Shown piece by piece: positions 48,166-60,839 of a stretch of DNA of 64,000 nucleotides (its first letter is position 1; every line of letters starts with the position of its first letter). A program made the translations under genes and the position numbers. Under the pieces are notes generated by a model. The model had not been told where the DNA came from. It made no database searches and saw only the letters and a program-made list of their open reading frames with translations. The DNA is taken from the NCBI GenBank assembly GCA_028534125.1, contig CM052817.1:53260001-53324000 (forward strand), given 5' to 3'. This DNA is from Lama glama (Eukaryota).

Positions 48166-50799
48166 ATAAATAGAATGCAATTCTAATAATATACATATCT
48201 ATGCTTCTAATATTTGTTTATATGAGAAAAGACACTAATTTTACAATATTTAAGAATTATTCTCTATATTAAAACATTAAATATGATTTCTTATGAGCAA
48301 AATTTCAGTGAAGTCGTAAGAAAACACTGTGATAGAATGTATTGATTAAGCAATAAAATCTATCTAAGCATTGTTTGAGTATTTTTCAAATATAAAATAC
48401 ATCCACAAGCAGTGTAGACTATAATCCTGTCATAATACATATATTACTGGTTCATAGGTTAGTTTCCTTCAACTTGATTTCATTCTGTGTATAATTGGAG
48501 CCATTAAGCTCTACATATAAAATCATAAAGATGGCAATCAAAAAACATCAATCATATAAGGTTGTTTTGATTCAACTAAATGCATTGTTTGAAAATGCCT
48601 AATTGAAAGTAGTAATTAATTACATCACGTTAGTGCTTTTATCCCCCTACAGCAATTGTTATTGCTTTAGATATGGGTGCTATACACAGAGCATTCGAGT
48701 ATCAACAATAAGAACTATTCAATGTATTTGTCATTTGACTTTCTTATTTTTAACTTATAATCAATAAACGACCACTCAGATTTCTTCATATCCCTTATAT
48801 CCATTGGGTTTAAATGTACAGACTTAAACAGAAACACTGTAAAACCATATTACATTAATTTGTATACTAAAAGCTTAATTTTATAAATAATTATTTTTCC
48901 ATAAGGAAAGGAAAGAGGTAAGATTATTTACTGTATTATTTGTATTAATTTAGCTTTTGTAAATTAGTTTGAAGACTAAGCTAAGATTATAATACATAGC
49001 TTAATGTTTTGTTCGTAATACGAATTTAAGCTTGGAAGATTTTATTAAAGTCTAACATAGTTATTCTTATCAATGTTGATTGTTGTAACACATGATAAGG
49101 AGAATTGCATTATTTTTATGCATATGATCAGATATTGATAGGCTTTAATACTTGAGGAAAACATAAGGCACCCATTCCAGTGTATGTCTATGCTTGATCT
49201 TGCTGAAGAATTTCCATAGCAATTTTTAATTTTTACTAACATGAAATTTAAGGCTATTTAAATGAAAATTAGCAGATTATATGACTCTATTAAAGTAAGT
49301 TAAATACTTTAAAACTGTACCTTTATCTTTAAATATATAATTTCTTACTCTAGCATATTTCAAAATCATGTGTTTTCATAGGCATACCTAAATGAGTAAT
49401 GTAGATAATATAGCCATACAGACTCCCATTGTCTCTAACAAAGACTTCTTTAAGAAGATTTAATATGTCACTCATAAAACCAAATAGACCTTTCATTATA
49501 ACATGTAGACTAATCCTGTTGCTCTATCCACCCTGCTTCTCCACAAATCATGTTCCTAACCATCTTACAAAGACCAGAGAACATCCTACCTGCCATAAGG
49601 TATTGCTTTGGGTCTCAGTACAGTGATATAACTGAGGCCAATTTTTAATCTAAGGAATTTCTAAGTGAAAATACTGGATATTTCCATCCAAGGCGCTTGC
49701 AAAACTAAGTTAAATTGAAAAGTTCATGACAGAAACTGAACAGAAACATCTCTGTCAGCCTCAAATTTCTCCTCCCATGCCTAAGTTAGGTTCATCACCT
49801 GTTGCTTTAAGGGACTTCATTGCTGGCATTGTTCCAATTAAAGGGAAGTTTGCCTGGGCATTCTATGCTACATGAACATCTTCCTTTGAGTCTGTACCAC
49901 AGAATCCACTATTTGATTATAAATTAGGGTGGTGAGAGGATGAATGCAGATTTGTGTGTTGCCACTATAACATTTTGAGCTGAAGTTTTCAGGTCTTTGA
50001 ATTTATAAGCTGTTTCTTTTATCATTTTTTAATCCCAAGCAATAACAATAAAAAGGTATTATATAAATGCTTATCTTTTAAAATAATTATTTCACATAAT
50101 TATAAAGATTAAATAATTCATATATGCAAAATGATTAGAATACAACAGCATGACACATAGTAAGTACTTTACATATAATGGTTGTTATTTTATGATAATT
50201 AACTTAGAGGAAATTATTCAATTTTAGAGAGCAGCTGCCACCAGTGAGAAGTATAGTAAAGAAGGCATTAATCAGAAGAGGTATTTATTATTTGCTTGCC
50301 TTAAGAAAATACTCCTCTCTTTGGTATTTCTCTAAAGAATAAAATATGAATTATTACCTTTGATTAATTTTGGTTGCTAGATTGTTTCCCTTTGAATACC
50401 AGATTTAGTTTAATTTGGACAATAGTGGTCCCAGGTTTTATTTAAGTTTATTTGAAATAACCAAAAATTCCTGATAAAAAGAAGCAACTGGGATAACAGA
50501 AGAAAATGTTATAGATCAGTGTAGGGGGAGTGGCAAGAGTTGGCAATGAAAGAATTTAAAAAAGAACAAGCCAGAAATGTCAGCTATAACCTACAACTGG
50601 ATGTTTTGTAAATTATTCAAGTTTTGTACCTTTACAGACAGAAGATCTGGTAATTTTTCAGTTAGCTCTTTATTCATTCTCTCTTCAAGGAATGAGCATT
50701 CAGGGATAGGCAGATGGATTTACACTGATGAAATGACACATCTTTTAATAAGGCTGACATTATGATGAATGTAAGGCTCAGGACAAACTAAAAGAGATA

Positions 50800-51800
50800 G
50801 TGTATGTCAAACTAAAGAGTAGTCCTACCAGGAATGGGGTGCCATGGTAGGATTTTAAGCAGATAGTGACATTATCAGATTTTATTTCAGAGAAGGTACT
50901 TTGGATTCAGTAGATTAAGTTTATATATTCAATCACTTAACAAATATATGTTGTTACATGTGCCGGATATTGCACAAGGTGCTCAGGATAGCAAGGTGAA
51001 CAGGACAAAACCCAGTCTTTTTCATGGAGCTGACAATCTAGCAGGACATTATGACAACAAACAGGTAAACAAATAAGTAATAAGATTTTAGATAGTGAAA
51101 TGACCATGAAGAAAAAAAAGCAAAATTAAGCAACACGGTGTGACTGATAGGTGTGATCCATCGTTGGTATCACTAAACAGCACAGTGATACTGTACTATC
51201 TTTGAGGAGTACCATCAGATTTGAGACCAGAATGAAGAGAAGGAAGTCACCACCTGAAAGGCTGGAACCAGAGAATGATCAAGTGCAAAGAGCTGAAGGA
51301 AGAAAGAGCTGGGCCTGTTAGAGGAATGGGGAAAGAAGCCAATGTGGATACAGCAAATTGTATGAGAATAAAAGTGGTACAACCAGAGTTTTAAAAGCTA
51401 GTTTCATAGCTCATGTAGAGTGTCCAGCATAGAACATGGGAAAGACTACAATTTTATTTTCAGAGTGGGAATCTATTGGTTGATGTTTAAAAATGGAATG
51501 ATGTGGTCTTAATTTTATGTTTAAAACTTAACTTTGAATTGTAAATAAGAATGTATGCAAGAGGGAAACCACAGTTACAGAGAGATCAGAGGTGACAGGT
51601 AGTAGTGGCTTATACTAAGTGGTAACAGAGGATGTGGTGAACACAGAAGTGGAGCTGCAGGTACTCCCTGAAAGGATGCATGGAAGGGGTGAGGAAAAAA
51701 GAGATCAAAGATGATTCCAGGGTTTTAAATTAAGAAAGTAGATTGGTATGGCATGTCATTAACGGAGGAGTAGAAGTAAATTTGCGTATATACAGTTAGG
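50800..51800 (-). mobile_element. Degraded L2 fragments
   Basis: 'gccatggtaggattttaagcagatagtgacattatcagattt', 'tcacttaacaaatatatg...gtgaacaggacaaaacccagtc...tcatggagctgacaatctagcagg', 'tcaaagatgattccagggtttt'. Confidence 0.75.
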
Positions 51801-52339
51801 GCTACATCTGAAATGTAACATGGCCTCATGAAAAGATGCAAGAGTCATATCAGGGCTGTGATGTTAGGGGAGTCCAGGTTATATTCAAAGACTACATGTC
51901 TTTCTCCATTTAACAAGTCTTCATTTCTCAAGATTAATTGCTCTCAAGTCTGTTCTTTTATTGACCAAAGCTATTATAGTCTATAGTTTTCCCTTAGTAG
52001 TAATACTTACTTTATTGGGTTACTGTGAGAAATAAATCAGATAGAAACATACTTTGCACAGTCAGGTTATATGAAGTAACCCTTTATGAAAAATACTGGC
52101 AAAGTTGTATGTTTCAATATAGTAATATGTTGTGTCCTATGAATATTATTATTATTAAGCAGTATTTATTTACTTAATAAATTTTAATTATCATTTATGA
52201 TGTATTAGATACCACTCTACATGTATTTAACATAGAAATGAAAAGGATTGATACAATTACCCTACTCATGAAGTATTCTTTTAAGAATTCTATTAATTTT
52301 AGATAGAAAAGCCAAATAATATACAAATAAATAATTAAT

Positions 52340-52480
52340 TTAACAAAGTTATACAAAGCACCAACAACTTTGTGGGCACTGCTGTATGTGCAGGAAATAC
52401 AGAGTGAGCATAAGAGATAAAAATCTCTTCCCTCATGGAAATTACATTCAAGCAGTGAAACAAACAAGAACAACATTAGA
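52340..52480 (-). mobile_element. L2 3' fragment
   Basis: 'aaagcaccaacaactttgtgggcactgct...gagataaaaatctcttccctcatggaaattacattc'. Confidence 0.6.
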
Positions 52481-53075
52481 ACAGATCAGATTAAACCCTG
52501 GGAAAAGATTTACAATCGAATGAGATGATAAACTTAGTGGGTGGCAATTTTGATTGATTAGACTGCAATCACATGTTTCACATGTTTACTCAAAAAGAGA
52601 GGATTATACAAATATTTGACTCATTGGGAGTTATCTTAATATGTGCCTACATCAGTTCTCAGATACTGAGCCCAATAAGTTGCAGATATTCTAAACATAC
52701 AAAGATGCTGAAAAATGCTGACATATTTTCAATAAAGTTCTAACTTTTATGCAATTTTAACAAATAGCATACAATATGAATATTAATAGCATTTAATGTA
52801 ACTGAGTCAATGCACATTTTAATGAAAGACAACATTCACAATAATAATATGTTGTTTTAGAGTAAACTATCTCACATTTAAAAATGATCAACAGTTATGA
52901 TGTTAGAGAGAAAACTAATTCTTTTTAGTTTATCTAAATGGAAATCACAGTATAAAAGCAAGAAAGAACCTGAAAGATCATTAGTGTCTCATTATTATTT
53001 GTTTCGTTACAAGACTACAGGAAACACTGCAGTTATTATCTTTTTTACCAACTCTCTTTCCACGGACACTCTCTC

Positions 53076-53467
53076 TTTTTTTTAATCGATATTTAACTGA
53101 TCTACAACGTTATGCTAATTTCTGGTGTACAGCATAGTGATTCAGCTATACATATATAATATTCCTTTTTATATTTTTATTATAGGCCATTATAAGATAT
53201 TGAATATAGTTTCCTGTGCTATTCAGTAGGACCCTGTTGTTTATCTGTTTTATATATAGTAGTTAGTATCTACAAATCCTTAACTCCCAATGTATCCCTT
53301 CACGACCCCTCTTGACCCTGGTAACCATAAGTTTGTTTTCTATGTCTGTGAGTCTGTCTGTTTTGTAAATAAGTTCATTTGTGCCATTTTTTTAGACTCC
53401 ACATATAAGTGATATCATATGGTATTTTTCTTTCTCTTTCTGGCTTGCTTCACTTAGTATGACAATC
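53076..53467 (-). mobile_element. 5'-truncated L1 3' end (artiodactyl/camelid type)
   Basis: Homologous to 40378-40800 ('ggtgtacagcatagtgattc', 'ggtaaccataagtttgttttctatgt', 'gtgatatcatatggtatttttctttctctttctgg'). Imperfect TSD cactctctctt (53067-53077) / cagtttctctt (53468-53478). Confidence 0.92.
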
Positions 53468-53673
53468 CAGTTTCTCTTAAAAATAAGAAATGCAAAATCT
53501 TCGCAGATAACTCTTCTCATCAAGTGGTCCTGCTCAATTTTATCAGCAATATTTTTCAACATTCTTTCATACTCATAACAGATTAGCTACATTTTCCTTA
53601 TCGTATCATCACTATCTGTATCTCTGAGAATGCTCCCTTCTCCACTCCTCTTCAGATGTTTAAAGCCCCAACA

Positions 53674-53909
53674 GAGTTAGTGCCTCTTACAAAAAGGAAA
53701 AGACACCAGAGCTCCCTCTCTGCCATGTAAGGATACAGTGAGAAAGTAGACTTCTGCAAGCCAGGATAGACTTCTCATCAGGAACCAAATTGGCTGGCAC
53801 CTTGATCTTCGATTCCCTACCCTCCAGAAATGTGAGAAAATAAATTTCTGTTGTTTAAGCCACCCAGCCTGTGATATTTTGTTATGGCAGCTGGAGCTGC
53901 TTGAGACAA
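53674..53909 (+). mobile_element. MaLR LTR 3' half (MLT1A-like)
   Basis: 'ctctgccatgtaaggatacagtgagaa...ctggcaccttgatctt...ctccagaaatgtgagaaaataaatttctgttgtttaagccacccagc...gagaca'. Confidence 0.9.
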
Positions 53910-55149
53910 TTACACTTTATATAATACGATGAATTTTATATTTTACGTTATATTCTTCAAGAATTAACTGCTCTCCTGAATAACCCTGCCAGTAGAATGC
54001 GTATAATTAGCCTAGCAAAGCAAAATTAATATTAATAAATTGTGGAAATTAAACTGCATTTGGCACTTGGGACTTAGCTAAATGATATGCAGATATAAAT
54101 GCATAGAGTCTATTAAAAATCCCACTGACTGCCAAGGATCCCAGATAGAGTAGAGGTATCTCCAGCTTTATACATTCATTACAGAATTTGTTTTACTTTG
54201 GGTATTTTATCCAGAGTTCATGTTTGAGACCCAAATTAAATCATTTAATAAAGCTCTGAACCATGGAAAACATAGTTACAGCATCTCTAAAGAACCCAGA
54301 TTAAAAACAGCATGTATAAAGATATTTCTTTCATGAATCTACTCTGAGATTAAATCCTTCAATACTTTATTGACATAAGAGTTTGGACTCAAAATTTTAA
54401 AATAAACTAACAAAAAGACACTCAAGTAGTCAGTACGGATTTTTCCAGAAAAATAAATCTCCACTTTTTAGTCTATTCCTCTTCCCTGGTATGGAACAAT
54501 ATATTTAACCTACTATTATCTCAATTTCTTTCAGTTTATCTCCATATTCTCTGAAATAAGCAGGCTAGTAAGTTAGAAAGTATTAGGTCTTCCAGCTGAT
54601 TTATTTAAGGAAACATCCTTTTTCATAACTTTTCATTTATGACTTAGACTTGAAAGAAACTCATGCATATGTATAATGCAAAATAACCTTATATTAATTC
54701 AAGGTAATCCGGAAGAATTATATATGACAAATTTTCTCATCTCATCCTTATACACAACCTAAAAGGTTTGTATCAGCCCTGTTTTATAAAACAATAAGTG
54801 AAGCAAAGTAAACTCATATTGTCATTAAGAGGTAGACATAAGATTTGAATTGCATTTTCTCTAGATGTCCTGATAATGTTTTACAAAATCAAGGGGTCAA
54901 TAATAATGACGATCATAATTTTTAAAAAGTAATAATGAAATAAAGTAACTTCCCCAAACTCTTACAATGGATAGTCTTTCACCTAAACACTTAAAAACAA
55001 TTCTAAGAACTCTACAAAATACACTAAGTTCTGTGTGCATAATTGGAGTATAAAGTCAAAGAAGGAAGAGAAAGCACACACTACTAAAGCCATGGAAGAA
55101 TTCACAAGTAAAACAATTTAGCCAACATTGTTTATTTTACCTCTTTAAC

Positions 55150-55390
55150 ATAATAATAACACATTATATGTAGTTATTTATAGTACAAATGTTTTTCCTT
55201 GCATTTTACAATGCCAGGATGTATTATGCATGAATATTTTAAGTATTATTTTAACCTCCATTTTGAAATGAAAAAAAAAACTGAATTTAAGGACATTAAG
55301 TGACTTATCTAACGTGACTCAGCCAAAGATGTCAGTGGTAGATCAAGAATCTAACTGTTCTACTCCTGTCCCATAAATCTTTTCTTTCAA
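55150..55390 (-). mobile_element. MIR SINE
   Basis: 'tattatttttaacctccattttgaaatg...aactgaatttaaggacattaagtgacttatctaacgtgactcagc'. Confidence 0.65.
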
Positions 55391-56982
55391 TCTTCAATGC
55401 TAGAACAAAAGTCACTTCTTCTCCTATAAAATCGTGCCTTTAAGCTGTAAGTAATCCATACATCTTACAATAAGAAATGCTAAAATTCATTAATCAAAGC
55501 ACTTGTTTATTGGATTTGTTATCAAGGTAAAAAAAAAACATACTTTGAATAAATATTTAATTTCCTCCTAAGGGCACCAAGCTAATAATATCATTCATCT
55601 TCTATCCCTTGTACTTACAGGCAAGGAAAGGTTGCTGAGGAATAAAGTGCTTGCAGGACTCAATATTAGACTATTTAGATTTACAAATTCTTGGTGATAG
55701 TAATGTTAGTAAATATAGCCCATCTGTCATTTTTTATTTTAAACTCAGAATGGAAATAACATAATCTCTCACTTACACAGCATATGCTGAGTTATGAAAC
55801 CAATAAAATTTAGATGAAATATTAAGTAAAAGGCCTGATGTAGGCAGAACAAAGGGTATAGATTGATACAAACTATTAAAACTTTGATTTGGGACAGAAT
55901 GCAAAGAAAAAAGCTGCTAAAAGTGTTTAACACTTTCAGAGAGCAATCTCATTTTTAGTTGCAACATGAACTATAGGACTTGCATAAAGATGCAGCATTA
56001 CTATACCTGCAATAGGTTTTAAACATTTTTAAAAGAGACATTAAAGTCTTACATGGTTCAGATGGCTCCAAATACTTTAAAATATTGCCAGTTTGTTTCA
56101 TGAGTAAAATTTTTAAATGTAGAAATGGTATCACATGTCATACAATCTAATGATGACTTTTATTACCTATAAGCTGAAATGTTTTTACTAATTAGGTAGA
56201 TAATAGAAATAATTAGTAATTAAGGTACCAATAGAGTTGTGTCCTTTCAGTTCTGTCTTTCAATAAATTCACATTTTGATTAATAACCTTTTCTTTCTTT
56301 TTTTGCTATTGTTATTACCCAGAAGACTGTCTCTTATCATTACGTATTTCCAAAGAAGAGCAGACTAAAAGGAATGCATTAATGTCCTTCTGTTATAGGT
56401 TAATATTTGTAGGCTTAAATAACTTAGTTATTGATAACAGTTCAACACATTAGATTAATTATTAGAGAGATGAGGCAGGATTTAATTTGATCTTAGCCAT
56501 TTTAACTCATAGCTCATTGAGTTAAGAAATACATTTAATCAGTAATAATACTTGTTGCTGGCAAGACAACAAATCACACAGTTTCAATGAAAGGTATTTT
56601 AAGTTCTTCATGAAATTCTGATTAAGTTGACATATTCTTCTTTGTATACACACACACCACACACACAGACACACATATATATAAACTTTTTTTCTTTTCT
56701 GTAATTATAATCACTGTACCGTCCATGGTTGCTAAGGGAAAGTCAACCATTAAAATATAAAAGATAGTAAAAATCCAGATATCTCATCTTATTATTCTGT
56801 TTCTAGAGAGTTAACATTGTCAGCTTAAATTGATTTTACATATTTGCAGGTAAAATTAAGTGCATTTGAAGAGAGTAGCTCACTATTAGTCAATTACAAG
56901 TTCTACTAACATTTCCTTCCCTGGAACTTAGATTCAGGTTCTCCATATGTAAAATGGTGATGTTAAAATCATTCTGAATTTT

Positions 56983-58510
56983 AAAAATCTCAAATAAACA
57001 ACCTAACTTTACACTTCAAGTAACCAGAAAAAGAAGAACAAATGAAGCCCAAAGTTAGTAGAAAAAGGAAATAAAGATCAGAGCAGAATTAAATTAAATA
57101 GAGACTGAAAAGACAATAAAAAGATCAATGAAACCAAGAGCTAGTTCATTGAAAAGATAAACAGAATTAACAAATCTTTAGCTAGACTGACCATGGAAAA
57201 AAAAGAGACATAACTCAATAAATAAAATCAGAAATAAAAGAGGAGACATTACAACTGATATTATAACTACAAAGTATTATTAGAAGCTACTATGAACAAT
57301 CATATGCCAACAAACTAGACAATCTAGGAAAAAAATGGATAAATTCCTAGGAACATACAATCTCCCAAGACTGAATCAAGAAGAAATAGAAAATCTGAAC
57401 AGACCAATTACAAGTAAGGAGATTAAACTAGTAATCAAAAATCTCCAAAACAAAGGTAAGTCAGGAGCAGATGACTTCAATGATGAATTCTACCAAACAT
57501 TCAAAGAAGAATTAATCATAGTCCTTCTCAAACTCTTTCAAGAACTAGAAGAGGATGGAACACTTCCAACTACTTGGGATATCACCTCAGATCTGCTAGA
57601 ACAGCTATTATTAAAAAGACAAGAACTAACAAGTATCAACAAAAATATGGAGAAAAGGAACCCTCAAGCACTGCAGGTGGGAACATAAATTGCTGCAACC
57701 ATTATGGAAAGCAATGTGGAGGTTCCTCAAAAAATTAAAAATAGAACTACCATATGATCCAGCAATTCCACTTCTGGGTTTTTATCCAAAGAAAACAAAA
57801 AGACGAACTCAAAAAGATATATGCACTCCTATGTTCACTGTGGCATTATTTACAATAGGCAAGATATGGAAACAACCTAAGCGTCCATTGCTAGATGAAT
57901 AGAGAAAAACATAAAGAAAGGGTAGATAAAATAACATACACACACACACACACACACACATCAGGCCAGGGGAGACTGAAATATACATATATGATGAGAT
58001 ATGACTCAGCCACAAAAAAGAATGAAATCTTGCATTTGCAACCACATGGATGGAACTTCAGGGCATTAACCTAAGTGAAATATGTCAGAAAAAGACAAAT
58101 ATCATATGATCTTACTTATGTAAGAAATTTAAAAAGAAAAAGAAGCCAAATTTATAGATACAGGGAACAGATTGGTGGTTGCCAGAGGCAGGGGGTAGGC
58201 AAAACTGATGAAGGGAGTCAAAAACTACGAACTTCAAATTATAAAATAAGTCATGAGGATGTAATGTACAGCATGGTAACTATAGTTAATAATATTTTAT
58301 TGTATATTTTAAAGATGCAAAGGGAGTGAATCTTAAAAGTTCTCATAGTAGGAAGAAAATTATGTTAGTAGGTATGTTGATGGATTTTAACTAGAGTTAT
58401 CATAGTGATCGTTGGTAAAATATACAAATATTGAATCATTAAGCTGTACATATGAAACTAATATATTATATATCAATTACATCTCAATAAATAAAAATAA
58501 ACAAAGAAAA
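56983..58510 (+). mobile_element. L1 (L1MA9/L1_Art-like) with internal deletion of the RT domain
   Basis: ORF 57335-57688 MDKFLGTYNLPRLNQEEIENLNRPITSKEI...LFQELEEDGTLP (pre-RT ORF2p) joins at ~57575 directly to C-terminal sequence. ORF 57690-57902 [26 protein letters not shown]. 3'UTR and A-rich tail follow; internal (CA)n at ~57938-57960. Confidence 0.92.
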
Positions 58511-60839
58511 CAATCAGAGCTATGCCAAATCAATGGAATTCATTAGAAAATGAATATTTAACATTTAAAATTTTCCAGTATTTTCTATTCTCATTCTTTA
58601 TGAGTCAGAATTATTTTAACCAGAGATCTATTACTTTCTGTATGAATTTTACAATGGAGACTCGATAAATCAGTTTGTGTTCAGATCAAAATTTTAACAA
58701 TTTTTATTTCTGCTTCTAATATAATATTTTTAGATCATTATTTTTTAAAGTCAGGTCTTCCAAAGCTAGACTGAGCACATCGAAATGTTACGAATATTTT
58801 TTTCTTTAATTTATAGTAGTCAACAACCATTTTTACTCTTTTAAGAATGAGCTGTTTTATTTTGTATTTAATTATACCAAATGTATTTTATCAAGTAATA
58901 ACAAATATATTTTGTAGTTTTTAACATCACTATTAGATGGGATTCTTCTGACAGTTTTTATTATCCTAAGAAGTTTATAATTCAAAGTTGTGCCAGGGTT
59001 ATTTTGAATAGTTTATATTCTTTACAAAATGGTTAATAGTTTGTGTCTATTTTTGATGAAGATCAAAGAGAATTTCCAGGACAAAGACTTGGAATCAACT
59101 CACAGTCAAAAGAAATAAATGTTAAGACATTGCTTTCTGTAGAATAAGACCAGAAGTAAATGAAGATTTGGTTACCTTTGTATTCTAATTTAACACAACC
59201 TATTAGTCCAAATTACAAATGTATAATCTGTCATTTTACCCTCATTATTCTTATTCTTTGCAGACTCGAAAGACTTTGTTTTTTTAAAGCATCCTATTAG
59301 TATGCATCTAATCCGCGGAGAATTCTAGGCTGACCCTTAGCAAAAGTATTAAAATAAGCACTAACTTTCAGACTACTTGACTTTTCCTTTCCATGCAACT
59401 ATTTCACACCTTAAATTTCCTCCAGAGTTACAAAGACTCCTGTATTATTTCTTTCCTCTTTTTCATCAATGATTTTTTATAAAATTAAGTCAACTTGGAA
59501 ATAAAGACATTAATTTTAATATGAGTAACATTCTAGGCTCCAAGAAGTTGACATCATTACCATTCTCATAAGAAAAGGAGATGCCCAAGGAGACAAATGT
59601 GATAATCAGCAAAACAAGCAGCTGAACTCAGGTCTCTGACTCATTTAACTTTAACTGAAGAACTGAATGCTTCTGTTCTTTTAAAAGAATTCCTGACATC
59701 AAATACACTGAGGAAAAACTAACAAATCCACCTCTCTCTCTCTCTCTATCTCAGTATCCATAAACTTCTACTACTAACTAAATCTGTGTGTATGAACACA
59801 CACATGCACATACATGTGTGCATAGACACACAATCCTGGAAAGGAAGTATTCTAGTTCTTTTTAAAGGGCACTAAATGCCAAATAACAGTAACTACTCCA
59901 TCTCCTTTTAATCTTAAATGATATTTGGTGAAGTCAGTGGCTGATTCATTCATAAATAACAGCTGAAAGCATGAAACACTAAGAAAAAGTAATGACTGAC
60001 TGGCTGAGAAGCTGAACAAAGCTTTTACTAGTTTCAGATCAGAAAGTAAAATAATTAAAGCTCAGAGCTAAACAAGGTGAAGGGTGCAATCTTTAAGCTG
60101 TGACCAACATCATGGGAATACTAGCACTTAGATGTTGATGCTTAAATACCATCCTCCACTAAAGGGTCTAGAATTCCTTAGAGAACTGACAAATTCTAGG
60201 ACTGGGGCAGCGAAAAGCAAGATGACCTTGGAACATCTTCTTGTGCCCAGATTTAGGAAGGGCCTATAGAATGATTTTAAAAAGTTCAAAATGACCCTGC
60301 AACTAGCTGAAAGATGATCCCACTGATCAAATCCCACTGATCAAATTTACCTTTAAAGTAGTTTTGAAATGTGTCAGTTTATAGTACGTTGCTAAAAAAA
60401 ATGGAAAATGAGTCTAGATTGAAAATAATTTAAATTAATATATATTTATATTAATATAAATTGATAACATGAAAGTTTAAAAATAATCATGATATTTTTA
60501 AAGATTCATCTACTTCACTACAGGGTTAAAAAGTAACTTGACACTTAACCTCTGCCTTGCAGACACCTCTTTCATCAAGTGACGAAAGCACGTGTGCCAA
60601 ACAAATAGTCTACTGAGTGACTTTCGTAGTCTCTTCCTGGCTGATTGTGAGGTGGAAGCCAATTAGATAGAAAGATGTATCCTATTGCTTTGACCTTTTT
60701 CTTGCCTTGCTTTGCTCCCCCCACTTTTTTTTTTTTTTAAATCACCTTCACTGCTTGGTCTTATACTTCCTTAGAATCTTAATTCTTGTTTAGTCACTGC
60801 TATTTTAGGACATTATTGAAGACATTTGGTTTTACATTG

